DNA of 64,000 nucleotides from Elusimicrobiota bacterium (GCA_016212825.1 JACRDS010000143.1:1712-65711); one strand, 5' to 3'. Numbered from the stretch's first letter, positions 8,381 to 18,331 are shown. A program made the numbers and translations. Notes: generated from the letters alone by a model not told the origin.

Positions 8381-9597
8381 CAGACTGCCTCCCACATTGT
8401 AGCAAGACCCTGCCCCACTCCCACGCACAGAGCCGCCAAGCCGCGGCGCGCGCCGCGCCGGCGCAGCTCATGGAGGAGGGTGACCGTGATGCGGGCGCCG
8501 CTCGAGCCCAGGGGATGCCCCAGGGCGATGGCCCCGCCGTTGACGTTGAGCTTCTCCGCGTCGAGGCCCAGCTCGCGCGCGCAGGCCAGGGCCTGCGCCG
8601 CGAAGGCCTCGTTGACCTCCCAGAGGTCGATGTCCCGGGTCTTGAGCCCGGTCCGGCCCAGCAGCCGGCGCACCGCGTCCACCGGGCCCAGACCCATCAG
8701 GGCCGGCTCCACGCCCGCGGCCGCGGACCCGGCCCAGCGCGCCAAGGGCTTGAGGCCCGAGGCCCGCGCCCGACCGGCCTCCATGACCAACAGGGCCGAG
8801 GCACCGTCGTTCATGCTCGAGCTGTTGCCCGCGGTGACGCTGCCGCCCTTGCGGAAGGCGGGCTTGAGCCCGGCGAGCTTCTCGAGGGTGGTGTCGGAGC
8901 GCATGGTCTCGTCCTGGGCGAACACGGCGGACGGGTCCTTGGCCGTGGGGACCGGGACGGGCACGATCTCCTCGGCGAAGACCTTGTCGCGCGCGCGGCA
9001 GGCGCGCGCGTGGCTCTCCAGGGCGAAGGCGTCCAGGTCGGCGCGGGAGATCTTGAACTTCTCCGCGACGTTCTCGGCCGTCTCGCCCATGCCCTGCAGG
9101 GGGAAGAGCTTCTCCAGGCGCGGGTTGGGGAAGCGCCAGCCCAGGGCGGTGTCGTAGGCGGTGAGGTTGCCGAAGGGAAAGGCCTTCTCGGCCTTGGGCA
9201 GGACCCAGGGCGCTCGGCTCATGCTCTCCACGCCGCCGGCCACGTAGACCTCGCCCTCGCCGGCCAGGACCGCGCGCGCCGCGCAGTTGACCGCCTCCAG
9301 GCCCGAGGCGCAGAGGCGGTTGACCGTGCAGCCGGGCACGGAGCGCGGCAGGCCGGCCAGGAGCAGGGCCATGCGCGCCACGTCGCGGTTGTCCTCGCCC
9401 GCCTGGTTTGCGCACCCCAGGTACACGTCCGCGACCTCCGCCGGGTCCAGGCCCGGGACGGACTTCAGTAGCGCGGCGATCACCGCGGCGGCCAAGTCGT
9501 CCGGCCGCACCATCGCCAGGCTTCCCCCGAGCCGGCCCACCGGGGACCGGACCGCGGCCACGACCACGGCATCCCTTTGGCTCACCGACTCCTCCAT
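8380..9597 (-). CDS. acetyl-CoA C-acetyltransferase (thiolase II)
   Basis: [12 protein letters not shown] (active-site Cys), [17 protein letters not shown] and CVGVGQG motifs. Start taken at MEESVSQ (9597); the alternative start is 9621. Confidence 0.92.
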   Translation of the reverse strand: MEESVSQRDAVVVAAVRSPVGRLGGSLAMVRPDDLAAAVIAALLKSVPGLDPAEVADVYLGCANQAGEDNRDVARMALLLAGLPRSVPGCTVNRLCASGLEAVNCAARAVLAGEGEVYVAGGVESMSRAPWVLPKAEKAFPFGNLTAYDTALGWRFPNPRLEKLFPLQGMGETAENVAEKFKISRADLDAFALESHARACRARDKVFAEEIVPVPVPTAKDPSAVFAQDETMRSDTTLEKLAGLKPAFRKGGSVTAGNSSSMNDGASALLVMEAGRARASGLKPLARWAGSAAAGVEPALMGLGPVDAVRRLLGRTGLKTRDIDLWEVNEAFAAQALACARELGLDAEKLNVNGGAIALGHPLGSSGARITVTLLHELRRRGARRGLAALCVGVGQGLATMWEAV

Positions 9598-10133
9598 TCC
9601 GAGCGCAAGAGTCCCCAGCATTCCTGGTCGATCCAGCGGCCGTTGAGCCGCTTCTCATGGCGCAGGCAGCCCTCGTAGCGGAAGCCGCAGCGCTGGATCA
9701 CCTTGCGCGCGGCCCGGTTGCCCGGGTCCAGGCGCGCGTAGACCTTCTGCAGCTCCGCCCTCCGGAAGGCGCGCGCGGCCAGCAGCCGCCCCGCCTCCAC
9801 GCCGTAGCCCCGGCCCTGCCGGTCCGCGCGGATCCACAGCGAGAGCTCGGCCAGGCCCGGCGCCGACAGCAGCCCCTGCAGGGCGGCCACGCCGGCCAGG
9901 GCGCCGGTGCGCCCCTCGAAGACCCCGTAGACCTCCCGCCCGCCCAGCCGCCGGTCCCGCGCGGCGGCCGCGATGAAGCCGCGGCTGCCCTCGACCGTGG
10001 CCGCCTCGCCGCCCCAGCGCAGGCGCCGACGCAGGACCTCGCGCGAGGCGTCCACCGCGGCGCGCAGCGCCCCCGCGTCCGCCTCGGCCAGGGGCCGCAG
10101 ATGAAGGCGCCGGCTCTTCGGGGAGGCGCTCAT
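9582..10133 (-). CDS. GNAT N-acetyltransferase (RimJ/RimL-like)
   Basis: 183 aa. LRPL..ADA...., RGRGYGVEA acetyl-CoA loop, [10 protein letters not shown]...R. ATGA overlap with the upstream glycosyltransferase stop. This is the only coding-like part of the 1065-aa track ORF. Confidence 0.8.
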   Translation of the reverse strand: MSASPKSRRLHLRPLAEADAGALRAAVDASREVLRRRLRWGGEAATVEGSRGFIAAAARDRRLGGREVYGVFEGRTGALAGVAALQGLLSAPGLAELSLWIRADRQGRGYGVEAGRLLAARAFRRAELQKVYARLDPGNRAARKVIQRCGFRYEGCLRHEKRLNGRWIDQECWGLLRSEWRSR

Positions 10134-11470
10134 CTCCCCCCCGGGACGGGGCGCGCCAAGACCTCGCCGCACGCCCGCAGGACCGCGTCGGCCGCGCCCG
10201 CGAAGGGCATGGCCGCGGCGCGCGCGGCCGCGGCGCGGCCCATGGCCGCCAGGCGGCCGTTCTCCCCACAGGCCGACTCCAGGGCCCGGGCCAGACGCTG
10301 CGGCGCCTCGGCCAGGCTGGGGTAGGGGACGACGCGGCCGCAGGAAGCGTCGAGGATGTCGTGGACCCCGTAGTGGTCGCTGGCCAGCACGGCCAGGCCG
10401 GCCTGCATGGCCTCCACGATGTTGAGGCCGTAACTCTCGTGCACCGAAGGCGATATGAAGAGCCGGGCCAGCCGGAAATGCGCCTTCTTGGCCGCGGGGT
10501 CGAGATAGCCGGGGAAGAAGGCCCGGACCCGGCGCAGGCCCGCGGCCGCGGCGCGCACGCGGCGGCAATAGGCCGCTCCCTGCATGAAGGAGGCCTCGCC
10601 GCAGACCAGCAGGACCGTGTCGCGCCGGTCCAGGCGCCCCTCGTCTTCCAGCAGGCGCAGGGCCTCGATGAAGAGGTGGATGCCCTTCTCGGGGGAGATG
10701 CGGCTCAAGGTCATGAGCACCGTGGTGTCCGGCCCGATGCGGTAGCGCCCACGCAGCTCGCGCAGGAGCGCCTCGGAGGGCTCGGGCGCCGAATCGGCGA
10801 AGGCGCCCCAGGGCACGACCTGGATGCGGCGGGCCAGGTCGCCGCCCGGAGCCTCGCCTCCATAGCACCGGGTCAAGGTCTCGGCCATGGCCCGCGAGGG
10901 CACGATGAGGCGGCGGGAGTGGGCCACGGTCTCGCGCTGCTTCTCGAAGACGATGCGCAGCAGGTCCGGCACCGCGCCGGCCAGGCCCAGGCGCAGGCAG
11001 CGCTCGTAGAGGCGCGTGAGGCGCTGGGGCGGGACCAGGCTGTAGAGGTAGAGCTTGTTGAAGTAGTCCACCACGTCCACATGCCACAAAGAGACGATGG
11101 GGTAGCCGGCCGCGGCGAGCCGGGCCACGGTGGGGCCCTCGGAGACGTCGTTGACCAGGACCGTGGTGCTCCCGGGCGGCAGGCGGTCCCGGCGCGCCAG
11201 GAGCCAGTCCGTGGAGGCGGCCTCGAAGGCCCGGCAGAAGCGGGCGTACTCGAACTCGGAGAGGCGGACCAGGTCGTGTCCGGGCCCCTCGGGCAGGCGC
11301 ACGTACTCCACGCCCATAGCCGGGGACTCCAGGCCCGAGCCCAGGACGGTGAGGCCGCCGACGCCCGCCGCGGCCCAGTGCCGCACCAGGCGCAGGCCGA
11401 CCATGGCGCCGCCGCCCAGGGGCGTGCGGTCCATAGGGTAGCCGAGGTGGCTGCCGATGAAAACGATCAT
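10130..11470 (-). CDS. glycosyltransferase, GT-B fold (GT4/GT1-like)
   Basis: 446 aa from MIVFIGSHLGYP. E-x7-E region PSVHESYGLNIVEAMQAGLAV. GGAGA Shine-Dalgarno 5 nt upstream of the ATG at 11470, preceded by TTGTTATAAT. Confidence 0.8.
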   Translation of the reverse strand: MIVFIGSHLGYPMDRTPLGGGAMVGLRLVRHWAAAGVGGLTVLGSGLESPAMGVEYVRLPEGPGHDLVRLSEFEYARFCRAFEAASTDWLLARRDRLPPGSTTVLVNDVSEGPTVARLAAAGYPIVSLWHVDVVDYFNKLYLYSLVPPQRLTRLYERCLRLGLAGAVPDLLRIVFEKQRETVAHSRRLIVPSRAMAETLTRCYGGEAPGGDLARRIQVVPWGAFADSAPEPSEALLRELRGRYRIGPDTTVLMTLSRISPEKGIHLFIEALRLLEDEGRLDRRDTVLLVCGEASFMQGAAYCRRVRAAAAGLRRVRAFFPGYLDPAAKKAHFRLARLFISPSVHESYGLNIVEAMQAGLAVLASDHYGVHDILDASCGRVVPYPSLAEAPQRLARALESACGENGRLAAMGRAAAARAAAMPFAGAADAVLRACGEVLARPVPGGR

Positions 11471-11525
11471 CTGGGTCTCCATTATAACAATTGCAGGCGC
11501 GCGTCCCATGGACTATAATGAGGGC

Positions 11526-12875
11526 ATGCGAGCCCAAGATCGACGCATCGTCCTGTGCGCCGGAGTGCGCACGCCCATCGGCCACATCTCGCGCAGCCTG
11601 GCGGACCTGCCGCCGGCCGCGCTCATGCACGCGGCGGTGCACACTTTGCTCGACCACGCCCGCCTCGACGCCGCGGCCGTGGACGGCCTCATCGTGGGCT
11701 GGGTGGGGCAGACCTTCTCCGCGCCCAACATCGCGCGCGTGGTGGCGCTGACCAGCGGCCTGCCGGAGAAGTGCCAGTCGCTCACCGTGCAGAACAACTG
11801 CATCTCCTCCTTCGAGGCGGTCTCCGAGGCGGCGCGGCGCATCCTGACCGGCGAGGGCGGGCTCTACATCGTGGGCGGCACGGAGAGCATGTCGCGCCTG
11901 CCCTACACCATCGAGGGCTCGCGCGCGGCGCGCGAGCTGCGCAGCCTGGCCACGGTCAAGGAGCGCTGGGGCGCCCTGTGGGACAACCCCAACGCCAGCA
12001 TCGTCGACGCCATGGAGGAGGGCCTCACCGACCCGGTGGAGCACATCAACATGGCCGCCACGGCCGAGGTCTGCGCGCAGGTCTACGGCATCCCGCGCGA
12101 AGAGCAGGACCGCTTCGCCTGCGAGAGCTTCCGCCGCACTTTGGCGGCCTGGAACCGGGGCTTCTACGCCTCGCACGTGACGCCGGTGGTGGTGGACGGC
12201 AAGACCATCCTGGAGAAGGACGAGTACCCGTTCCTGCGCGAGGACCTGCCCCAGAAGCCCCAGATGTTCGCCAAGGCCCCGGCCCTGTTCGGCTCCTCGG
12301 CCTACCCGCTCAAGGATTTCTACCGGGACAACGCGCAGTTCCTGCACGGCAAGGCCTATGAGGAGGGCAAGTCTTTGCCCACCGTGACCTTGTTCAACTC
12401 CTGCGGCCGCTCGGACGGGGCCTCGGCCGTGGTGGTGGCCACGCCGGAACGCGCCGCGGCCGCGGGCCTCACGCCCCTGGCCGAGCTCAAGAGCTGGGGC
12501 TACTACGGCAACGAGCCGGCCTTCATGGGCGTCTCGCCCGCGCTGGCCGCGCCGGTGGCCCTGGAGTCGGCAGGCGCGAGGTTCGCGGACCTGGACCACG
12601 TGGAGCTGCACGAGCCCTTCGCGGCCACGGTGCTGTCCATCTTCAAGCTGGGGCCGGAGCACGGCTGCGACTGGCGGGCGAAATACGAGTCCGGCGCGCT
12701 CAATCCCAACGGCGGCTCCATCGCCCTGGGCCATCCTCTGGGCGCGACCGGCACGCGGCTGGTCCTCAACCTCATGCACGCCCTGCGCGAGGACCCCAAG
12801 GCGCGGCTGGGATTGGCCGCGGCCTGCGCGGGCGGCGGCACGGGCGGGGCGCTGGTGCTAGAGAAGCTCGCCTGA
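11526..12875 (+). CDS. thiolase-family protein (acetyl-CoA acetyltransferase-like)
   Basis: 449 aa from [48 protein letters not shown] and AACAGGGTGGA motifs. TATAAT box 6 nt upstream of the ATG. Confidence 0.8.
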   Translation: MRAQDRRIVLCAGVRTPIGHISRSLADLPPAALMHAAVHTLLDHARLDAAAVDGLIVGWVGQTFSAPNIARVVALTSGLPEKCQSLTVQNNCISSFEAVSEAARRILTGEGGLYIVGGTESMSRLPYTIEGSRAARELRSLATVKERWGALWDNPNASIVDAMEEGLTDPVEHINMAATAEVCAQVYGIPREEQDRFACESFRRTLAAWNRGFYASHVTPVVVDGKTILEKDEYPFLREDLPQKPQMFAKAPALFGSSAYPLKDFYRDNAQFLHGKAYEEGKSLPTVTLFNSCGRSDGASAVVVATPERAAAAGLTPLAELKSWGYYGNEPAFMGVSPALAAPVALESAGARFADLDHVELHEPFAATVLSIFKLGPEHGCDWRAKYESGALNPNGGSIALGHPLGATGTRLVLNLMHALREDPKARLGLAAACAGGGTGGALVLEKLA

Positions 12876-12896
12876 AAAATCTATAATAGAGGGCCC

Positions 12897-14714
12897 GTGA
12901 ACATCCTCGGCATCTCGGCGTATTACCACGACAGCGCCGCCGTTTTGGTGCAGGACGGCCGCATCACGGCCGCGGCCCAGGAAGAGCGCTTCACGCGCAA
13001 GCGGCACGATTCCGGCTTTCCCATCGAGGCCATCGCCTACTGCCTGCAGGCCGCGGGCCTGAAGGTCTCGGACCTCGACCTCGTCGGCTTCTACGACAAG
13101 CCCTTCCTCAAGTTCGAGCGCATGCTCAAGACCTACATGGCCTACGCGCCCCGGGGTTTCAAGCCCTTCGCCATGGCCGTGCCCATGTGGCTCAAGGGCA
13201 AGCTCTGGATGAAGTCCCACATCCGCGAGCAGCTCGGCTTCAAGGGCCAGATCCTCTTCCCCGAGCATCACGAGTCCCACGCCGCCTCCGCCTTCTACCC
13301 CTCCCCCTTCGGCCGCGCCGCCATCCTCACCATGGACGGCGTGGGCGAATGGGCCACGGCCTCCATCGGCACCGGCATCGGCAACAAGATCCAGCTCAAC
13401 CGCGAACTCCGCTTCCCCCACTCTCTGGGTCTGCTCTACTGCGCCTTCACCTACTACACCGGCTTCAAGGTCAACTCCGGCGAGTACAAGGTCATGGGCT
13501 TGGCCCCCTACGGCGAGCCCAAGTACGCGGACCTCATCTATAAGGAACTCATCGACCTCAAGGAAGACGGCTCGCTCAAGCTCAACCAGGAGTATTTCGA
13601 CTACTGCGCCGGCCTGGCCATGACCAGCGAGAAGTTCCACAAGCTCTTCGGCGGCCCGCCGCGCCGGCCCGAGTCCGAGCTCACCCAGAAGGAGATGGAC
13701 CTCGCCGCCTCGGTGCAGGCCGTGACCGAGGAGGCCATGCTGCGCATGGCCCGCCACGCCCGCAAGGTCACCGAGCTCAAGGACCTCTGCCTGGCCGGCG
13801 GCGTCGCCCTCAACTGCGTGGGCAACGGCCGCATCCTGCGCGAGAAGGTCTTCAACCGCATCTGGATCCAGCCCGCCTCCGGCGACGCGGGCGGCGCCCT
13901 GGGCGCGGCGCTGCTGTTGTGGCACCAGTATCTGGGCAACGAGCGCACGGTCTCGGAAGGCCGCGACTCCCAGCAGGGCTCGCTGCTGGGCCCCGGCTTC
14001 TCGGACGAGCAGATCGGCGCCTGGCTCAAGGAAAAGGGCATCCCCCACAAGAAACTCGACCCAAAGGACGTGGCCCGCGAGACCGCGGCTCTTTTGAAGG
14101 ACGGGCATGTGGTCGGCTGGTTCCAGGGCCGCATGGAGTTCGGCCCCCGGGCTTTGGGCAGCCGCAGCATCATCGGCGACGCGCGCAACGTCGAGATGCA
14201 GGCCAAGATGAACCTTAAGATCAAGTTCCGCGAGTCCTTCCGGCCCTTCGCCCCCTCGGTGCTGGCCGAGCACTACTCCGAGTACTTCGACATCGAGTGC
14301 GAGAGCCCCTACATGCTGCTCACCGCCCCGGTGAAGGAGTCGCGGCGCATCGCCATGACCGGGGAGCAGAACAAGCTCTGGGGCATCGCCAAGCTCAACG
14401 TGCCCCGCTCCGACCTGCCCGCCGTCACCCACGTGGACTACTCCGCGCGCCTGCAGACCGTCAACCGGGCGGACAACGCCCCCTACCACGAGCTCATCAG
14501 CGAGTTCCGCAAGCTCACCGGCTGCGGGGTCATCGTCAACACCTCCTTCAACGTGCGCGGCGAGCCCATCGTCTGCCGGCCGCAGGAGGCCTATACCTGC
14601 TTCATGCGCACGCACATGGACTACCTGGTCCTGGGCAGCTACCTTCTGGAGAAGAAGGCGCAGGACAGCTTCAAAGAGGATCAGTCATGGATGAAGGAAT
14701 TCGCGCTCGACTAG
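12897..14714 (+). CDS. carbamoyltransferase (NodU/CmcH/SxtI family)
   Basis: 605 aa: MNILGISAYYHDSAAVLVQDGRI.AAAQEERFTRKRHDSGFP... Full-length family architecture. GTG start. Confidence 0.92.
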   Translation: MNILGISAYYHDSAAVLVQDGRITAAAQEERFTRKRHDSGFPIEAIAYCLQAAGLKVSDLDLVGFYDKPFLKFERMLKTYMAYAPRGFKPFAMAVPMWLKGKLWMKSHIREQLGFKGQILFPEHHESHAASAFYPSPFGRAAILTMDGVGEWATASIGTGIGNKIQLNRELRFPHSLGLLYCAFTYYTGFKVNSGEYKVMGLAPYGEPKYADLIYKELIDLKEDGSLKLNQEYFDYCAGLAMTSEKFHKLFGGPPRRPESELTQKEMDLAASVQAVTEEAMLRMARHARKVTELKDLCLAGGVALNCVGNGRILREKVFNRIWIQPASGDAGGALGAALLLWHQYLGNERTVSEGRDSQQGSLLGPGFSDEQIGAWLKEKGIPHKKLDPKDVARETAALLKDGHVVGWFQGRMEFGPRALGSRSIIGDARNVEMQAKMNLKIKFRESFRPFAPSVLAEHYSEYFDIECESPYMLLTAPVKESRRIAMTGEQNKLWGIAKLNVPRSDLPAVTHVDYSARLQTVNRADNAPYHELISEFRKLTGCGVIVNTSFNVRGEPIVCRPQEAYTCFMRTHMDYLVLGSYLLEKKAQDSFKEDQSWMKEFALD

Positions 14715-15118
14715 GCCTGCCCGTCGCGGCCCCGGGCAAGGAGCGCAAGGACCTGCGCGTCTTCGGCTTCGGCCTGGCCCTCATCCTGATGTTCTTCGCC
14801 TACCTGTCCCGGCGCAAGGGCGGGGCCGCCGCTCCCTACGAGCTGTGCCTGGCAGCGGCCTGCGCCCTGCTGGGCGGCCTCTGGCCCATGGCCCTGGGCC
14901 CCGTGTACAAGCCCTGGATGAGGGCCGTAGCCGTCATCGGCAAGGTCAACACCTGGCTGGTCATGGGCATCCTCTACTACCTAATCATCACGCCCTACGC
15001 CTTCCTGGCCCGCCTCATCGGCGGCGACCTGCTCGACGAGAGGATGCGCGACCGGGGAAGCTACTGGCACCTGCGGGAAGACGTCCCCGCGCCGGAATCC
15101 TACCGCAACCAGTTCTAA
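14687..15118 (+). CDS. SxtJ-family small membrane protein
   Basis: 143 aa from MDEGIRARL. Three or four TM helices. Overlaps the carbamoyltransferase 3' end by 28 nt. Position and size match the sxtJ-like genes that follow carbamoyltransferases. Confidence 0.7.
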   Translation: MDEGIRARLGLPVAAPGKERKDLRVFGFGLALILMFFAYLSRRKGGAAAPYELCLAAACALLGGLWPMALGPVYKPWMRAVAVIGKVNTWLVMGILYYLIITPYAFLARLIGGDLLDERMRDRGSYWHLREDVPAPESYRNQF

Positions 15119-15127
15119 GGAGAGACC

Positions 15128-15286
15128 ATGCCCAAGATGGAAACCCTGCGCGAACTCTGGGACTTCCTCAAGAAGCGCAAACTCTACTGGCTGGCCCCCA
15201 TCCTCATCGTCCTGCTCCTGCTGGGCGGCCTGATCATCCTCTCCGAGACCACGGCCGTGGCGCCCTTCGTCTACACCCTGTTCTAG
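15128..15286 (+). CDS. DUF5989/SxtK-like 52-aa membrane peptide
   Basis: Not in the ORF track because it is under 60 aa. MPKMETLRELWDFLKKRKLYWLAPILIVLLLLGGLIILSETTAVAPFVYTLF: basic N-terminus, one TM helix, and the APF.YTLF tail characteristic of this family. Confidence 0.65.
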   Translation: MPKMETLRELWDFLKKRKLYWLAPILIVLLLLGGLIILSETTAVAPFVYTLF

Positions 15287-15349
15287 GGCCGGAAGGCTGT
15301 AATACTTCCGGGCCGGCTCCGTATCCATAGGCAGGAGGCCAGTCCCCGC

Positions 15350-15865
15350 ATGCCCGAGCCAGGCGCTCCCCAGGACTTCGCCTCCCTCTATGACCTCTAC
15401 TTCTCCTGCGTCTGCGGCTTCGTGCGCAGCCAGGTCAGCGACCCGGCGGACGCCGATGACGTGGTCTCCCGCGCCTTCGAGCGCCTGCTCGAGCGCTTGG
15501 GCACCTACCGCCCGGAACGCGGCGCCTTCGAATCCTGGCTCTTCGCTGTGGTCCGCAACGCGGTGCGCGACCATTTCCGCAGCCGGCGCTGGCGCGCCCT
15601 CTTCTCCCTGGAAGAGGCGCCGGAGCCGGCCGGCCGCGAGCCGGCGGCCGAGGCGCGCCTGCTGGCCGAGGAGGAGCGCGCCGGCCTGCTCCGGGCGCTG
15701 CAGCGCCTCGACGAGCGCAGCCGCGAGGTCCTGGGGCTCAAGTTCCAGGCCGGGCTCAACAACCGGCAGATCGCCGAGGTCCTGGACCTGGGCGAGAGCC
15801 ACGTGGGGGTGCTGGTCTATCGCGCGGTCAAGAAGCTGCAGGCCGCGCTGGGAGAGCCGTCATGA
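15350..15865 (+). CDS. ECF (group 4) sigma-70 family factor
   Basis: 171 aa. Region 2 (DADDVVSRAFERLL, ESWLFAVVRNAVRDHFR) and region 4 HTH (NNRQIAEVLDLGESHVGVLVYRAVKKL). AGGAGG Shine-Dalgarno upstream. Confidence 0.85.
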   Translation: MPEPGAPQDFASLYDLYFSCVCGFVRSQVSDPADADDVVSRAFERLLERLGTYRPERGAFESWLFAVVRNAVRDHFRSRRWRALFSLEEAPEPAGREPAAEARLLAEEERAGLLRALQRLDERSREVLGLKFQAGLNNRQIAEVLDLGESHVGVLVYRAVKKLQAALGEPS

Positions 15866-16377
15866 GTGACGCAGCGGACCGCCTCGAGAGCGATCCGGGA
15901 GCCTTGGCCGTGGCCCGGCGCCTGGCCGCCCTCGACCTCGCCGCGGAGAGCCGCATCCGGCTGAGCCTGCGGGCCCGGCTCCTGGCCCGCAGACCCACGC
16001 CCTTTTTCACCTTGCGCGGGCCGGCGGGCCTTGCGGGCGCCCTGGCCGCGGCCGCGGTCATGCTTTTGCTCCTGCGGCCGAGGACTCCGGCGCCCGCGAC
16101 TGCGCCGGCATCCCCGGCTCCGATCGCCGAAGCCCTTCCCCCCGCGGCGAAGAGGCCCGCGCAGCGCGCCGAGGGAGTCTTCGTCTCCATCCCCGCCGCC
16201 TCGCCGTTCGAGACTCACGGGACGGTCTCGGCCGGGCATCCCTTCGTGACCGTCCCCGGCCGCAGGACGCGCACCGCGCGCGGCCGGGCCGTGGTCTGGC
16301 AGTTCGAGCACGCCACGTTCCGGCTCGAGGAGCGGCCCGTGCGCATCGCAGAGCTTTTCGTCAAGCCGACGCTATGA
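15862..16377 (+). CDS. putative single-pass anti-sigma factor (no recognisable family)
   Basis: 171 aa. ATGA-coupled to the sigma gene. One TM helix (GLAGALAAAAVMLLLL) and an extracytoplasmic tail of about 100 aa. No zinc-binding H/C motif. Confidence 0.45.
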   Translation: MSDAADRLESDPGALAVARRLAALDLAAESRIRLSLRARLLARRPTPFFTLRGPAGLAGALAAAAVMLLLLRPRTPAPATAPASPAPIAEALPPAAKRPAQRAEGVFVSIPAASPFETHGTVSAGHPFVTVPGRRTRTARGRAVVWQFEHATFRLEERPVRIAELFVKPTL

Positions 16378-17360
16378 TCCGGCATACAAGGAGGCCTATC
16401 ATGAGAATCCTGCCGCTGGCGGCTGCCCTGTGCCTCGTCTCTCCTGTCGCCCGGGCTCAGGCCCAGCACCTCGACATCTCCGTGACCGACGCTCCGCTGG
16501 GCCAATTCCTAGACACGGTGTCCAAGCAGACCAAGGTCAGCTTCGTCCTCGGGCAAGGCACCGAAGACCAACGCGTGACGCTGGCGTTCAAGGGCGCCCC
16601 GGTCAGGCAGGTGCTCGACCAGATCAAGCAATCGAAAGGCCTGGGCTATCAGGAACTCGCTCCGGATATCTATCTCATCGCGGCCGAACCGGTCCTCGCG
16701 TCCTGTCCCGGGGTCCTCGCCGGATATCCCGCCCTTGACGCCAAGATCACCATCGACGTACGACAAGCCCCGTTGTCGAGCGTCTTCGCGAGAATCGGGG
16801 GAGTGACGGGGCTGCGCTTCGCGCTCGTTCCGCAGATCCGGGACTGGAAAGCCACGCTCTCCCTGCAGAAGGTCCCCGCCCGCCAGGCGGTGCAGATACT
16901 CTGCGTGGTGAAAGGGCTCTCCGTGCGCGCCGAGGGACAGGACGGCCTCATCGTCGAGGCGGCCATCCCTGAGGCGCCCAAAGCGGCCGCCTCGCGGCCC
17001 GATGGGCAGGGGCTCTTCACGGGCTACCGCGGAGTCTCGCTGTCCCTGCCCGGCCACCAGCTGGCCTTCCTCAAGAAGGGCGACCACGTCGACGTCATGG
17101 TGACCTTCGACGCCAAGATGGCCGACGAGCGCAAGGAGAAGGTCACGGCCACCATCCTGCAGAACGTCCGCATCGTGGACGTCTCCAAGCCCGGCAAGGG
17201 CGAGGAGCGCGGGACGGTCCAGATCCTGCTCAACCCCAACGAGGCCCAGTACGCCGCCCTGAGCGACGCCCAGGGCGACCTGCACGTCGCGCTGCGCGCT
17301 CCGGGGGACACGGAGATGCACCCCATGGAGATGGCGAGCTTCCGCAAGCTCTTCCGCTAG
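16374..17360 (+). CDS. secreted protein: two tandem STN/secretin-N0-like domains plus a CpaB/RcpC-like C-terminal domain
   Basis: 328 aa with a signal peptide. Domain 1 (nt 16470-16685): LDISVTDAPLGQFLDTVSKQTKVSFVL...VTLAFKGAPVRQVLDQI...GLGYQ. Domain 2 (nt 16743-16964): ITIDVRQAPLSSVFARIGGVTGLRFAL...ATLSLQKVPARQAVQIL. C-terminus (nt 17016-17357): GYRGVSLSLPG...GDHVDVMVTF...ATILQNVRIVDV...LLNPNEAQYAAL..GDL.VALR. Confidence 0.65.
   Translation: MIRHTRRPIMRILPLAAALCLVSPVARAQAQHLDISVTDAPLGQFLDTVSKQTKVSFVLGQGTEDQRVTLAFKGAPVRQVLDQIKQSKGLGYQELAPDIYLIAAEPVLASCPGVLAGYPALDAKITIDVRQAPLSSVFARIGGVTGLRFALVPQIRDWKATLSLQKVPARQAVQILCVVKGLSVRAEGQDGLIVEAAIPEAPKAAASRPDGQGLFTGYRGVSLSLPGHQLAFLKKGDHVDVMVTFDAKMADERKEKVTATILQNVRIVDVSKPGKGEERGTVQILLNPNEAQYAALSDAQGDLHVALRAPGDTEMHPMEMASFRKLFR
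17132..17168 (+). repeat. 37-nt exact repeat shared by the two CpaB-like genes (second copy at 18095-18131)
   Basis: caaggagaaggtcacggccaccatcctgcagaacgtc occurs in both genes and encodes KEKVTATILQNV. Confidence 0.9.
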
Positions 17361-17369
17361 GAGAACGAT

Positions 17370-18323
17370 ATGAGAACTTCACCCTGGATCCTGGTCCTCG
17401 CCCTGGCCGCGCCCGCGGCCGGCGCCTCCTTCCCCACGCCGGACATGGCCGCCGCGGAGAAGGAGATGCAGCTCTTCTACCACTCCCTCAAGCCGGGCGC
17501 GGACCCCGCGGTCAAGAGGCCGGCCTGGCTGGAGGAAGAGCTCCCCAAGATGGCCGAGCGCAAGGTCTGGCGCGACCCGGAGGCCGGCGACCTCAGCGAG
17601 GCCCAGCTCTGGCAGGCCCCGGCCTCGGTCCTCTACGAGTTCTTCAAGGCCGTCCGCATGGACTCGCCGGAGTCCTCCCTCTACGACCGGGAGACCGACT
17701 ACAACAACCTGCTGCTGAACTACCGGATAGCGATCGACCGCATCCGGCGTTCCAAGCTGCAAGACTCCCTGGGCGGCCGCGGCGCGGCCCTGCTGGCGGC
17801 CTTCAGCCGTGCATTCGAGCCACTCGACGGCCTGTTGGACTCGCTGCCCTCCGGAGACACCGAGGCTTTCCAGCGGGCGGCGGCAGAGGTGGCCCGCGAC
17901 GCGCGCGCGGCCTTCGCGCAGCTCTCCGCCCCGCCGCAGGCCCCCGAGAAGGTGACTTACTGGGCCAAGGACCGCCTGGTACCGGGCTATCGCGGCTTCT
18001 CCTTGCCCCTACCGGGGCACCAGCTGGCCTTCATCAAGAAGGGCCAGCGGGTGGACGTCCTGGTGACCTTCGAGGCCCTGATGAAGAGGAACGTCAAGGA
18101 GAAGGTCACGGCCACCATCCTGCAGAACGTCGTCGTGATCGACGTGCTCAGGCCGGACCAGCCGGAGGGCCGGGGCGCCCTGCTGCTGCTGGTCAACCCC
18201 AACGAGGCGCAGTACGCGGCCCTCAGCGTCCTGCAGGGGGACGTGCGCATCACGGCGCGGGCCGAGGGCGACACCGCGATGGCGCCCATGGAGATGGCCT
18301 CGCTGCGCAAGCTCTTCAAGTAG
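17370..18323 (+). CDS. secreted protein with a CpaB/RcpC-like C-terminal domain (paralog of the preceding gene's C-terminus)
   Basis: 317 aa with a signal peptide. Unassigned helical N-terminal ~200 aa. The C-terminal ~115 aa are about 65% identical to 17016-17357. AGGAGAA Shine-Dalgarno. Confidence 0.6.
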   Translation: MRTSPWILVLALAAPAAGASFPTPDMAAAEKEMQLFYHSLKPGADPAVKRPAWLEEELPKMAERKVWRDPEAGDLSEAQLWQAPASVLYEFFKAVRMDSPESSLYDRETDYNNLLLNYRIAIDRIRRSKLQDSLGGRGAALLAAFSRAFEPLDGLLDSLPSGDTEAFQRAAAEVARDARAAFAQLSAPPQAPEKVTYWAKDRLVPGYRGFSLPLPGHQLAFIKKGQRVDVLVTFEALMKRNVKEKVTATILQNVVVIDVLRPDQPEGRGALLLLVNPNEAQYAALSVLQGDVRITARAEGDTAMAPMEMASLRKLFK

Positions 18324-18331
18324 GAGGGGAT

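Noticed and set aside
9582-12779. 1065-aa minus-strand ORF that looks like a giant gene.
   Set aside because: Only its last 183 codons (9582-10133) are coding-like, forming the GNAT. The rest runs antisense through the thiolase-like gene or out of frame through the glycosyltransferase, and translates to Arg/Gly/Pro noise.
15289-15311. The hairpin CCGGAAG-N9-CTTCCGG after the DUF5989 ORF as an intrinsic terminator.
   Set aside because: The stem is only 7 bp, the loop is 9 nt and no T-tract follows. The ECF sigma gene follows 40 nt later with its own Shine-Dalgarno. This is too weak to call a terminator.
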